A program made the position numbers and the translations under genes. Source: Actinophytocola gossypii (GTDB lineage: Bacteria > Actinomycetota > Actinomycetes > Mycobacteriales > Pseudonocardiaceae). From it: a stretch of 64,000 nt of DNA. Of the stretch, positions 36,675 to 46,494 are shown piece after piece. Location: NCBI RefSeq assembly GCF_025165815.1, contig NZ_JAFFZE010000016.1:214047-278046 (forward strand). The letters run 5' to 3'. The notes beneath the pieces are model-generated. The model was not told where the DNA came from. It worked only from the letters and a program-made list of their open reading frames with translations, and made no database searches. Positions within the stretch are counted from its first letter, which is position 1. Each line of letters starts with the position of its first letter.

Positions 36675-38737
36675 TGACCGCCATCGGCACGGATCTCGCC
36701 CGTCGGGACGGCACCGTCAAGGTCACCGGAACCGCGACCTACGCCTACGAGGCCCCGGTGGAGCGCCCGGCGTACGCGCACCCGGTGCAGGCCACCATCG
36801 CCCGCGGCCGGATCCGGGACATCGAGATCGAGGACGCCGAGACGCTGGACGGCGTGCTCACCGTGCTCACCCCGGACAACGCCGAGCGCCTGGCCGACAC
36901 CGACGACAAGGAGCTCGCCGTCCTGCAGAGCGACGAGGTCGCCTTCCGCGGCCAGCTCGTCGGCGTGGTCGTCGCCGAGACCTCCGAGGTGGCCCGTGAG
37001 GCCGCCGGCCTGGTCCGGGTGACCTACGACGAGGCGGAGCACGACGCCGAGCTGGCCACCGAGCGCGGCTCGTACGTGCCGGAGCAGCTCAACGCCGGCT
37101 ACCCGACGGAGAGCGCCCAGGGCGACGTCGACGCCGCGATGGCGTCCGCCGAGACGACGATCGAGCGGACGTACACCACCGCGATGTACCACAACAACCC
37201 GCTGGAACCGCACACCACGACCGCGCTCTGGGACGGCGACTCGCTGACCCTGTGGGACTCCACCCAGGGCGTGCACCCGCTGCGAAGCACGATCGCGCCC
37301 ATCTTCGGCCTGGACGAGGAGCGGGTGCGGGTGATCTGCCCGTACGTCGGCGGCGGGTTCGGATCCAAGGGCACCGCGCACGCCAACGTCACGCTCGCCA
37401 CGCTGGCCGCGCGCGCGGTGCCGGGCCGCCCGGTGCGGCTGGCGCTGACCCGGCAGCAGATGTTCTCCCTCGCCGGCTACCGCACGCCGACGATCCAACG
37501 GATGCGCCTCGCCGCCGACGCAGATGGCCGGCTGAGCGCGATCGCCATCGACGTGGTCGAGCAGACGTCCCGGATCAAGGAGTACGCCGAGCAGACCGGC
37601 ACCCCGACGCGGATCATGTACGCGGCGGAGAACCGGAGCGTCACGCACCGCCTGGTGCCACTCGACGTGCCGGTGCCGTCGTGGATGCGCGCGCCCGGCG
37701 ACTGCCCCGGCATGTTCGGTCCCGAGGTGGCGATGGACGAGCTGGCCGAGCGCCTTGGCGTCGACCCGATCGAGCTGCGGATCCGCAACGAGCCGTCGGT
37801 CGACCCGGACACGGGCAAGCCGTTCTCCAGCCGCAACCTGGTCGCCTGCCTGCTCGCGGGCGCGGACCGCTTCGACTGGGCCGACCGCGACCTCCGCCCC
37901 GGCGTGCGCCGCTCCGGCGACTGGCTCGTCGGCACCGGCGTCGCCGCGTCGACGTACCCGGTGCACCGGATGCCCGCGTCCACGGCCGTGATCCGCCGCG
38001 AGGCCGGCCGGTACGTCGTCGAGATCGGCGCGGCGGACCTGGGCACCGGCACCTGGACCACCCTCCCGCAGATCGCCGCCGACGCACTCGACGTGCCGGT
38101 GTCCGATGTGGAGGTACGCATCGGCGACACGCGCTACCCCATGGCGTCGGTCGCGGGTGGCTCGTCCGGCATGACCACCTGGGGCTCCGCGGTCGTCGAG
38201 GCGGCGAGGGCGTTCCGCGACAAGTTCGGCCAAGATCCAGCGGACGGCGACGAGGCCGACGGCTCGGTCGGCCCGGCGGACGAGGACCACGCCATGCACG
38301 CGTTCGGTGCCCAGTTCGTCGAGGCACACGTGCACGCCGACACCGGCGAGCTCCGGGTGCCGCGCCTGCTCGGGGTGTTCGCCGCCGGCCGGATCATCAA
38401 CCCGCGCACCGCGCGCTCCCAGTTCATCGGCGGCATGACGATGGGGTTGTCGATGGCGCTGCACGAGCACAGCGTGCTGGACCCGCGTACCGGGCACGTG
38501 GTCAACCACGACCTGGCCGAGTACCACGTGTCCGTCAACGCCGACGTCACCGACGTCGAGGCGACGTGGATCGACGAGCACGACCCGTACGTGAACGCGA
38601 TGGGCTCCAAGGGAATCGGGGAGATCGGCATCGTCGGCACCGCCGCCGCGGTGTCCAACGCCGTCTGGCACGCGACCGGTGTCCGGGTGCGGGACCTCCC
38701 GATCACCCTGGACAAGGTCCTGGCCGCACTGCCCTGA
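36674..38737 (+). CDS. molybdopterin-cytosine/guanine-dinucleotide-binding large subunit of xanthine dehydrogenase family enzyme (CoxL-like)
   Basis: 688 aa, aldehyde oxidase/xanthine dehydrogenase a/b hammerhead and MoCo-binding regions (GGGFGSK, GE at the active-site region). Start overlaps the upstream TGA. Confidence 0.9.
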   Translation: MTAIGTDLARRDGTVKVTGTATYAYEAPVERPAYAHPVQATIARGRIRDIEIEDAETLDGVLTVLTPDNAERLADTDDKELAVLQSDEVAFRGQLVGVVVAETSEVAREAAGLVRVTYDEAEHDAELATERGSYVPEQLNAGYPTESAQGDVDAAMASAETTIERTYTTAMYHNNPLEPHTTTALWDGDSLTLWDSTQGVHPLRSTIAPIFGLDEERVRVICPYVGGGFGSKGTAHANVTLATLAARAVPGRPVRLALTRQQMFSLAGYRTPTIQRMRLAADADGRLSAIAIDVVEQTSRIKEYAEQTGTPTRIMYAAENRSVTHRLVPLDVPVPSWMRAPGDCPGMFGPEVAMDELAERLGVDPIELRIRNEPSVDPDTGKPFSSRNLVACLLAGADRFDWADRDLRPGVRRSGDWLVGTGVAASTYPVHRMPASTAVIRREAGRYVVEIGAADLGTGTWTTLPQIAADALDVPVSDVEVRIGDTRYPMASVAGGSSGMTTWGSAVVEAARAFRDKFGQDPADGDEADGSVGPADEDHAMHAFGAQFVEAHVHADTGELRVPRLLGVFAAGRIINPRTARSQFIGGMTMGLSMALHEHSVLDPRTGHVVNHDLAEYHVSVNADVTDVEATWIDEHDPYVNAMGSKGIGEIGIVGTAAAVSNAVWHATGVRVRDLPITLDKVLAALP

Positions 38738-38745
38738 CCGCCCGC

Positions 38746-39276
38746 TCAGCGGCCCTGGAGGATCGGCGTGGCTGGCCGCCCGATCAGCTCCTCGAGCGTG
38801 GGGTCGGTGGTCGCGAACTCGCCACGCCGAGCCGCGCGGAACATGCCGAGCAGCATCGCCGCCCGATCCGCCGGCACGCCCTGCCCGACCAGCCCGGCCG
38901 CCCACTCGTCGTCGTCCACCACGACCCGTTCGATCGTGCGCCCGTGGACCTCACCGAGGATCCCGGCGACGTCCGCGAGGTCGAGCGCGATCGGCGCGGT
39001 CAGTGGTGGGGTCGGCGAGGACGATCGCCGCCGCCTCGGCGAGGTCGTCGTGCGCGGTCCACGAGACCGGGCCGATCGGCCTCGCGTACTACACAGGGTC
39101 AATCGTCGCTCCCGGCAGACGAGATGGTCAGTAGGTACGGCGTCACGCCAACGTCCGGAGCCAGGACGTGAGGTACGCGTGGAGGTCCTCGAACTCGCTG
39201 ACCTCCGAGCCCGCATAGACGACACGGGGTTCAGGCGCTCCGTCGAACACGAGATAGGCGCGGTCGAACGGGGCAT
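38746..39276 (-). pseudogene. gene fragment: only the C-terminal ~85 aa resembles the C-terminus of an NmrA/NAD(P)H-binding family protein; N-terminal part is out-of-family
   Basis: C-terminal segment ALDLADVAGILGEVHGRTIERVVVDDDEW...TLEELIGRP is family-like. The rest of the ORF is Ser/Arg/Thr-rich nonsense. It overlaps another fragmentary ORF (39143..39388). Confidence 0.3.
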
Positions 39277-40019
39277 CGCGGTTGTCGAGTGCGAACAACA
39301 CGCTGTTCGACGGGCTCATCCCCGAGACGGAGATGTTGCCGCGCCTGAAGTCGCCGTCGACCATGTCCTGGACCGGTGATTCGGACATGATCGCGGCGAT
39401 GTCACACCGCGTAGCCGTAGAACTCTCGAACCTGACGGGAAGCCGGTTGCGTGACAACGCCATCCACACACAGCAGATCCGTAACCACGACACCGCGCGG
39501 CCCCATCTCCAACTGGCCGAACTCCACGGCCGAATCCGCGTCTGTTGCATTGATCTTCTCGATACGACCGAGCACGTCGACGACGCCCACGCCTCCATCC
39601 TTTCGTCGAGATCATGACGATCTTCCGCCGATCCCAGGCAGAGTCCACAGTAGACCAACCGTCGCCGTCCCCGCACTCCACGACCTCTGACCCGACCACC
39701 GCACCGGACGATGCGTACCGGCTGGTCGTGAACCAAACGCGTCGGCACGAGACTCTCAGCGGCTCGTGGACCTGACGCGCCAGCACAGGAAACCGTCCGG
39801 TAGCGAACCCAGGTCCGCCGCCCATCCGACCGACCAGCGCGATACCGGTACCCCCAGCCCTCGCGTTGGCGGCCCGGGTCGTTCTCGTCGCCCCACCCGA
39901 GCGCGCAACTGATCGTCGCGCCCTCGTGGTCGGCGGCGGCCGCCACGTACAGACCGAGGCGCCCGTCGCGTTCGGCCAGCCGCTACCGACAACGGAGACC
40001 CGGTTCGCGCACCGGCTGA

Positions 40020-40095
40020 TGGTGGGCCGCCTGGGGCTCGAACCCAGAACCTACGGATTAAAAGTCCGCAGCTCTACCAATTGAGCTAACGGCCC
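40020..40095 (-). tRNA. tRNA-Lys (anticodon TTT), CCA encoded
   Basis: Reverse complement GGGCCGTTAGCTCAATTGGTAGAGCTGCGGACTTTTAATCCGTAGGTTCTGGGTTCGAGCCCCAGGCGGCCCACCA folds as a cloverleaf. D-arm GCTC/GAGC; anticodon stem GCGGA/TCCGT with loop CTTTTAA; T-arm CTGGG-TTCGAGC-CCCAG; 7-bp acceptor stem. Confidence 0.85.
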
Positions 40096-40177
40096 GTGCT
40101 CGGGTCATGCTACCGAGGCGCCGGAGCCGTGTCCGGTATGGGCGTACTCGTGTCACCCGTCGGGGCGGATGGCCTGC

Positions 40178-42670
40178 TCAGCTTGTCATGCGGACCGCGC
40201 CGATGACGGGTTCGTGCTCGTCGACGGCGGTGAAGGCGCAGACGAGGTAGTCGCCGACCCGGACCGTCGCGTCGGCGCCGGGGAGCTTCTTGACCACCTC
40301 GGGGTCCAGGCCGGAGGTCTGGACGGCCTCGTTCGGGCCGGCGACCGTGTACAGGGTGGCCGGGCCGGGCGTGACCACCAGGAGGGTCACGGCGTGGTCG
40401 GCGACGGCCAGCAACCGCACCTCGGTCGCGTCGGGTACGGCGTACTCCCAGGGCTGGCCCTCGGACGTCCGGACCACGCCGTCGGTCTCCCCCTCCTCGC
40501 CCCGGACGACGAACACGCCGTCGCCGTCGGTCAGGAGGTTCGTCGGGGGGTGTCCGGCGGTGCGGTCCTCGACCGAACCGACCCCGGCGCCGGAGATGTC
40601 GACGGGTCTGGCGAAGTGTCCACTTCCCACCAGGTGGAGACGTCGCAGGCCCGCGGCGTCGAAGCAGCCGGCCAGTAGGTGGTGCTTGCCGGCGGGCCGC
40701 AGGAAGCCGCCGCCCATGAAGTTGGAGAACTCACCGCATCCCTCCAGCTCCGTGCCCGGCGCCCAGCCGGGGTCGTCCTTGCTCCACTCGAGCAACCTCG
40801 TCGAATCGGCACACCTCGACACCGCCAGGACGCTGTCGTCCACCGCGTGGGCGAAGCCGGTCAGCCGGCAGGACGGTTCCACCGGCTCGGCACCGACGTC
40901 CGTCGACCCCAGGCGCTCTCCCGTCCTGGTGTCGAACCAGGTCAGGTCCGTGCTGTGCTCGGTCTGGGACGCACCGCCGCCGTAGGACGCGGTCACCAGG
41001 CCGTCGCTGATCGACAGCGACGTCCCGCCGGTCTTGCCCACCGCGCCGGAGAAGCCCTCGTCGACCAGGGAGACCGGCTCGTCCCACTCGGGTTCGCCCG
41101 ACTCCACCGAGATGACCTGCAGGGTGTGGCACCGTTGCCCGCCGTCCCCGCCCCGCGGTCCGTAGGTGACCGCGCCGAGGCCGCTCGCCGTGACGTTCGG
41201 GCTCAGGTTGCACAGGAAGGCGTCCCCGGGGACCTCCCACGACCACAGCTCCGCACCGGTCTCGACGTCGTACGCGGTCAGCCCCTTCCAGTGGCCGAAC
41301 ACCACACCGTCCGGCAGGGGCCACATGCCCTCGTAGAAGCCCGCCTCCTCCCTGGTCATCGCCCAGTGGAACCCGCCGACACCGTTGGGGCCCGGCTGCT
41401 CGGCGGCGATGCCGTCGTCCGACCCGGACGACGGACCGTCCCGCCAGGGCGCCAGGACGACGACCGCGACGACGGCGGCGACGATCAGCACCGACAGCGC
41501 GCCGACCACGGCGGCCCCACCCGTCCGGCGCCCGGACGGGCGGTGCGGCGGCGGGTACGGGGCGGCGGCGGCCGGGACGTCCCAGGTGCGCGCTCCGAGA
41601 CTGCCCAGGCCGATCTGGTGCGCGCCGAGCGCGACCGCGGTCTCGGGCTGGTCCAGGGCCGTCGGGACGACCCCCAGCTGCTCGGCCATGAGCGTCGCCA
41701 CCAGCGGGATCCGGCTCGATCCGCCGACCAGGTACACCCCGGCCAGCCAGCCGACGTCCATGCCGGCGCCTCGGGTCGTGGAGCCAAGCAGCTCGACGCT
41801 GCGCAGCAGGCCCGGCCGGACCGGCGTCTCCAGCTCCGCCCGCGTGACCAGCACCGAACCGAACGGCTCCGGCATCGCCACCTCGGTCTGCGGGTGCTCG
41901 GACAACGCCTCCTTGGCGACCCGGACGTCCTCCCGCAACGCCAGCGACGCCCGGCGGTCCTCGGCCGAGCCCGGGGTGACGAGGCGACGCCAGGCGTCCG
42001 GGTCCCGCCCGCCGACCTGGCGGCCGAGGTGGTCGAGCAGCGCCTGGTCGATGTCCAGGCCGCCCAGGTCGGACAACCCGGACTCGGCCAGCACGGTGAG
42101 GCCGTGCTGGCCGGCGCCGACGACCGCCGCGTCGAACGTGCCGGCGCCGAGGTCGTAGACCGCCAGCGCCTGTCCCGGCGCGAGTACCCGCCCGGTCGCC
42201 GACGCGAAGTGCGCCGCGGCCGCCACCGGCTCGGGCACCAGCTGGACGACCGCGCCGACGCCGGCCTGCCGGGCGGCCTCCAGCAGGACCGCGCAGCGCG
42301 CGGTGCCCCACCGCACGGGGTGGGTGAGCCGAACCTGGTCCGGCAGCACACCCCCGAGCTGCCGGCTCGCCTCCGCGACGACCTTGCCGAGCACCGCGCC
42401 GAGCGCGGACGCCACCGGCACCACGACGTCGCCGAGCAGCAGCGTGCCGTCGTCGACCCGGCGCTTGGGGTTGGGCTCGAACCGGGCGGGCGCGGACCGG
42501 GCCAGCCGGACCGCCTCACGACCGGCCACCAGCCGGCCGTCCTCGGTGGCGAACACCGCCGACGGCATCGCCGACGCTCCGTCCACATCGACCACTCTCG
42601 GCGGCCGGCCGGGCGCGGACAGCACCGCCACCGTGTTGGACGTTCCCAGGTCAACGGTCAGTACGCGCAC
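40178..42670 (-). CDS. Hsp70-family actin-like ATPase domain fused via a TM helix to a C-terminal PQQ-like beta-propeller (predicted extracytoplasmic)
   Basis: N-terminus VDLGTSNTVAV and later DLGAGTFD (Hsp70/actin phosphate-1 and -2 motifs). Hydrophobic segment AAVVGALSVLIVAAVVAVVVLA. C-terminal half rich in repeated W/G/D beta-strand motifs (PQQ/WD-like). Start placed at the GTG (VRVLTVDLG). Confidence 0.75.
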   Translation of the reverse strand: MRVLTVDLGTSNTVAVLSAPGRPPRVVDVDGASAMPSAVFATEDGRLVAGREAVRLARSAPARFEPNPKRRVDDGTLLLGDVVVPVASALGAVLGKVVAEASRQLGGVLPDQVRLTHPVRWGTARCAVLLEAARQAGVGAVVQLVPEPVAAAAHFASATGRVLAPGQALAVYDLGAGTFDAAVVGAGQHGLTVLAESGLSDLGGLDIDQALLDHLGRQVGGRDPDAWRRLVTPGSAEDRRASLALREDVRVAKEALSEHPQTEVAMPEPFGSVLVTRAELETPVRPGLLRSVELLGSTTRGAGMDVGWLAGVYLVGGSSRIPLVATLMAEQLGVVPTALDQPETAVALGAHQIGLGSLGARTWDVPAAAAPYPPPHRPSGRRTGGAAVVGALSVLIVAAVVAVVVLAPWRDGPSSGSDDGIAAEQPGPNGVGGFHWAMTREEAGFYEGMWPLPDGVVFGHWKGLTAYDVETGAELWSWEVPGDAFLCNLSPNVTASGLGAVTYGPRGGDGGQRCHTLQVISVESGEPEWDEPVSLVDEGFSGAVGKTGGTSLSISDGLVTASYGGGASQTEHSTDLTWFDTRTGERLGSTDVGAEPVEPSCRLTGFAHAVDDSVLAVSRCADSTRLLEWSKDDPGWAPGTELEGCGEFSNFMGGGFLRPAGKHHLLAGCFDAAGLRRLHLVGSGHFARPVDISGAGVGSVEDRTAGHPPTNLLTDGDGVFVVRGEEGETDGVVRTSEGQPWEYAVPDATEVRLLAVADHAVTLLVVTPGPATLYTVAGPNEAVQTSGLDPEVVKKLPGADATVRVGDYLVCAFTAVDEHEPVIGAVRMTS

Positions 42671-42785
42671 CAGTTCTCCACCCCTGCCACTCGGCCGTGC
42701 TGGTGCCAGAGGGTCGGGGTCGGTACGCGTCAGCGACAAGGCAAGTGCGGCGGCCACTTCTGGCCGGGTGGGCCTACCAGGGGGT

Positions 42786-44228
42786 CTACTCGAAGATGCC
42801 CTGCCCGGGAGCGAGCACGTGCCGCGGGTCGTAGGTCGCCTTGGCCAGGGCGAACCGCGGGTACCGGTCGCCGTAGTGGGCGCGCCAGTCGGCCGGGGTG
42901 AGCGGGATCGCGCCAACCGGGTAGTGGGTGCCGCCGACCGCGCGGACCTGGTCGTACAGGTCGCGGTTCACGCCGAGCAGGCGCTGCACGTCCGCCTCGT
43001 TCGGCGGGTCCACGGCGCGCAGGATCGCCAGCAGGAAGATCACCTCGCTGTCCGGCACCGTCACGAACGGCAGGGTCAGCAGCTCCCTCGGCACCGGGTA
43101 CAGCAGGACCACGCCGCCCGCGTCGGCCGGGGTCAGGTCGGCCAGGACGTCGGCGACGTAGGCGTCGGTCGCGGCGTCGGGGACGAACACGTTGATCCAC
43201 GGGCCGGGCAGGCGCAGCGGCTTGAGGTCCTCGACCAGGGCGTAGATCCGGTTCAGCCAGTCGAAGTACGGCATGTCCACGATCTCGGTGGACGCCGGGT
43301 CGAGGCCGGCCAGGAGCGCCGCGTCGTCCGGCACCTCCGGCGGGGTGTGGTACTCGACGCCTTCCAGCATGTACCGCCAGCCGCCCTCGGCGGGGATCAG
43401 CTGGCCCTCCAGGTAGCTGAACCGGCGGTCCGCCAACGCCGTGCGCTGGGCGGCGGTCATCGACGCCAGGTCCGGGTAGTACAGGTTGTAGACCCGCGCC
43501 GTCGACTCCGCCGGCACCAGGCGAACGGCGGCGCGGACGATGATCGCGAACTGGCCGAGCCCGCCGAGCACCGATCGGAACAGTGCCGGGCGCACGGTCG
43601 GCGAGCAGCGCAGGTGCCGGCCGGAACCCGTCACGACCTCCAGCTCCAGCACGTTGTCGACCTGCATGCCGTGGTGCGAGCTGGCCCCGCCGATCCCGCC
43701 GACCGACAGCGTGCCGCCGACCGACAGGCCGAGGTAGTCGGTGTTCACCGGCGGCGTCAGGCCCTCGGCCACCGTGGCGCGCACCAGGTCCAACCACTGC
43801 ACGCCGGCGTCGACGACCGCGCGGTCCTGGTCGATCCGGTGGATCGTGGCCAGCGTGCGAGAGTCGATCACCACCCCGCCGCCGGCCTGGGCCTGGCCGA
43901 ACGTCGAGTGGCCCTGGCCGCGCATCGCGACCTTCAGGCCGTGCTCGCCCGCGTACTGGACCATCCGCACCACGTCGCGCACCGACCCGGGCCGCAGCAC
44001 CGCGACCGGGCGGCGGTGCACGAGGTGGCCGTAGTCGTCGGCCGCCTCGGCCAGGGACTCCTCGTCGACGACCAGCTCGCCGTCCAGGTGCGGCACGCCC
44101 ACCGCGCCCGGCTGGGTCGCCGACGCGTCGGCCTCGGTGACCCAGCCCAGCCCGGCGGGGTCGAACGCGACCACGGCCGCGGCGGCCGAGCCGGCCAGGA
44201 AGGTTCGCCGGCCGAGACGGGAGTCCAT
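42786..44228 (-). CDS. Tat-exported FAD-linked oxidase (FAD_binding_4, cytokinin-dehydrogenase/BBE-like fold)
   Basis: Twin-arginine signal MDSRLGRRTFLAGSAAAAVVAF. FAD-binding PCMH domain (VAVLRPGSVRDVVRMVQYAGEHGLKVAMRGQGHS). Start ATG preceded by AAGGAG. Confidence 0.8.
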   Translation of the reverse strand: MDSRLGRRTFLAGSAAAAVVAFDPAGLGWVTEADASATQPGAVGVPHLDGELVVDEESLAEAADDYGHLVHRRPVAVLRPGSVRDVVRMVQYAGEHGLKVAMRGQGHSTFGQAQAGGGVVIDSRTLATIHRIDQDRAVVDAGVQWLDLVRATVAEGLTPPVNTDYLGLSVGGTLSVGGIGGASSHHGMQVDNVLELEVVTGSGRHLRCSPTVRPALFRSVLGGLGQFAIIVRAAVRLVPAESTARVYNLYYPDLASMTAAQRTALADRRFSYLEGQLIPAEGGWRYMLEGVEYHTPPEVPDDAALLAGLDPASTEIVDMPYFDWLNRIYALVEDLKPLRLPGPWINVFVPDAATDAYVADVLADLTPADAGGVVLLYPVPRELLTLPFVTVPDSEVIFLLAILRAVDPPNEADVQRLLGVNRDLYDQVRAVGGTHYPVGAIPLTPADWRAHYGDRYPRFALAKATYDPRHVLAPGQGIFE

Positions 44229-44332
44229 TGGGCACGCTCCTTGCTGTTCGGAGTGGACGCCCGGCGGACGATAGTCCACGATCGACTCGCCCGGTTCCCC
44301 CTTTTGCCGAGCCCGATAAGGCAAACGGCCGC

Positions 44333-45670
44333 TCAGAACGCCGGTGCCAGCGCCGGCTTCGCGACGCTCGGCACCCGCCGGGTCGGCAGCTGGTGACGTC
44401 CGGTCGCACGGTTGCGGTTCGGGGCCCGGCTCGCCATCGCCGCCGCGGGGATCGGCGTCGGCTCGGCCGGCGCGCGCCGCTCGCCGGGCGCCGGGTTGTG
44501 CCGCATCACGGTCTCGGTCCAGGTCAGCACCGCGCCGGGGCTGTCCAGGCCGATCACACCCATCAGGCGGCCGTCGGCGACGTAGCCGACGACGGTGCCG
44601 TTGCCCTCCCTCGGGGTGCCGAGCGAGATCGTCTCCGTGCCCAGCTTCGGCACGCCGGCGGCCTGGATCCGCACGCCGAACTGCTCGGTCCAGAACCGGG
44701 GCATCGGCGTGAACGGCCGGGCGGCGGACCGACCGGCGAGCAGGCTCTCCGCCGCCGCGCGGCCCATCTCGACCGCGTTCAGCCAGTGCTCGATCCGGCG
44801 GGGCTTGTCGTCGAAGCGCAGGTTGGGCCACTGCGCCACGTCACCGGCGGCGACCACGTCCTCCGCGCCGACCACGTGACAGGTCGCCTCGCAGACCACG
44901 CCGTCGTCCAGCGGCAGGCCGGACCCGCGCAGCCAGGTCGTCGCCGGCACGGTGCCCGCGGCCACGATCGCGCACGCGGCCAGCATGAACGTGCCGTCGG
45001 ACAGGTGCAGCTCGATCCCGTCCGGTCGGGGCACCCAGTGCCGCACGGACGTCTCCAGGGCGAGGTCGACGTCGTGGTGGCGGTGCATCGAGGTCATCCA
45101 CTCGCCGAGCTGCGGGCCGAGCACGTTGCCGAGCAGGTTGGGGCCGCGGGCGACGATCGTCACCTCGCGGTTGAGGTGCCGCAGGCTGCACGCGATCTCG
45201 CAGCCGGTGAACCCGCCGCCGACGATCGCCACCGGGCCGCGGCCGGCCGACACCGCCCGCTCGATGCCGAGCGCGTCCTGCATGGTGCGCAGGCCGAGCA
45301 CCCGCGGGTCGTGGTACGGAACGCCGGGGATCCGCCTGGCCTCCATGCCGGTGGCGATGACCAAACCGTCGTAGGTGAGGTCCTCACCGCCGGGCAGGCG
45401 CAGGGTGCGCTTCTGCGGCACGAGGTACTGGACGCTGGTGTCGAGCCGCCACTTCGCGCCGATCTCCCGGTACGCGGGCAGCATCAGGTCGACCGGCTTC
45501 ATCGCGCCGGTGAGCAGCTGCTTGGACAGCGCGGGCCGGTGGTAGGGCGGGGTGGCCTCGTCGCCGATGATCACCAGCTCGCCGTTGAACCCGAGCTCCC
45601 GGAGCCGCTCCGCCGCGCGCAGGCCGGCCAACCCGGCACCCACGACGACCACACGTTCGAGCCGGCTCAT
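44333..45670 (-). CDS. FAD-dependent pyridine-nucleotide-disulfide-oxidoreductase-type ferredoxin reductase
   Basis: Two Rossmann motifs (VVVVGAGLAGLRAAE and VAIVGGGFTGCEIA), with ferredoxin/putidaredoxin-reductase-like length and order. ATGA overlap with the upstream membrane-ferredoxin gene. Confidence 0.85.
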   Translation of the reverse strand: MSRLERVVVVGAGLAGLRAAERLRELGFNGELVIIGDEATPPYHRPALSKQLLTGAMKPVDLMLPAYREIGAKWRLDTSVQYLVPQKRTLRLPGGEDLTYDGLVIATGMEARRIPGVPYHDPRVLGLRTMQDALGIERAVSAGRGPVAIVGGGFTGCEIACSLRHLNREVTIVARGPNLLGNVLGPQLGEWMTSMHRHHDVDLALETSVRHWVPRPDGIELHLSDGTFMLAACAIVAAGTVPATTWLRGSGLPLDDGVVCEATCHVVGAEDVVAAGDVAQWPNLRFDDKPRRIEHWLNAVEMGRAAAESLLAGRSAARPFTPMPRFWTEQFGVRIQAAGVPKLGTETISLGTPREGNGTVVGYVADGRLMGVIGLDSPGAVLTWTETVMRHNPAPGERRAPAEPTPIPAAAMASRAPNRNRATGRHQLPTRRVPSVAKPALAPAF

Positions 45671-46494
45671 TTGCTTCCTACCTCCTGCAACTGGATGGCC
45701 CGCATGGGACAGGCGCGTGCCGCGGCCTGCGCGCCCGCCCGGTTCTCGTCGTCCGGATCGCGGACGTAGCGCAACCGTCCGTCCTCCAGCAGGGTGAACA
45801 GCTCCGGTGACTCCATCTGACAGATGCCGTACCGCTTGCACCGCTGGTTGTCCACGGCCACCCGAACGGTGCGCGCGACCCCGTTCTGCACGCCAGACGG
45901 CTCCTGGATCGGGGAGGCGGCGACCGGTGCCGCGCCGAGCAGGCCCGCGCTGATCAGCAGCCGGGGCGGCAGGAAGCGCAGCACGGTCAGGGTGACCGCC
46001 GGGACCAGCACGGTGAACCCGCCGAGCCACATCGCCGACAGGTGCCCGTTGGCGATCGCGCCGAACCAGGAGTGCACCACGAGCATCGCCACCGCCGGGT
46101 AGGCGAGCTGGTGGAACCGCAGCCAGCGCCGGTAGTTCACGAACCGCTTGAGCCCGACCCCGATGGCGATCGCGATCATCAGCTCCAGACCGAGGATGCC
46201 GAGCGTGTGCCGGAACAGCCCGCTGAACGGGATCGTGATGCCGGTGAGCGACAACCCCTGTTCCCGCAGCAGCAGGAACACGATCGCGTGCGTCATCCCG
46301 GCGGCGATCGTGAACGACGCCAGGATCATGTGCCCGGACCGGATGGCCTGGTACCCGGTGAGCCTGCGGATCCAGCCGGTCGCGGTCAGCACACCCCAGC
46401 ACAGCGTGAAGCACATCAGCACGTAGGCGGCACGGGCGGAGAGCGCGGCGACCTCCCGGACGCCGATGTCGTGGCCGGGCAGGGCGATGATCAT
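45667..46494 (-). CDS. fusion protein: 5-TM membrane domain with paired intramembrane histidines (candidate b-haem, ferric-reductase/MsrQ-like) + C-terminal [3Fe-4S]/[4Fe-4S] ferredoxin
   Basis: His pairs in TM2 (GHMILASFTIAAGMTH; 14 residues apart) and TM4 (VVHSWFGAIANGH). C-terminal ferredoxin VAVDNQRCKRYGICQMESPELF...ARACPMRAI (CxxGxC...CP). ATGA overlaps on both sides. Confidence 0.65.
   Translation of the reverse strand: MIIALPGHDIGVREVAALSARAAYVLMCFTLCWGVLTATGWIRRLTGYQAIRSGHMILASFTIAAGMTHAIVFLLLREQGLSLTGITIPFSGLFRHTLGILGLELMIAIAIGVGLKRFVNYRRWLRFHQLAYPAVAMLVVHSWFGAIANGHLSAMWLGGFTVLVPAVTLTVLRFLPPRLLISAGLLGAAPVAASPIQEPSGVQNGVARTVRVAVDNQRCKRYGICQMESPELFTLLEDGRLRYVRDPDDENRAGAQAAARACPMRAIQLQEVGSK

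Noticed and set aside
39866-40084. 72-aa ORF overlapping tRNA-Lys, and 51677..51871 ORF overlapping tRNA-Ser
   Set aside because: They coincide with well-folded tRNA genes and are therefore spurious.
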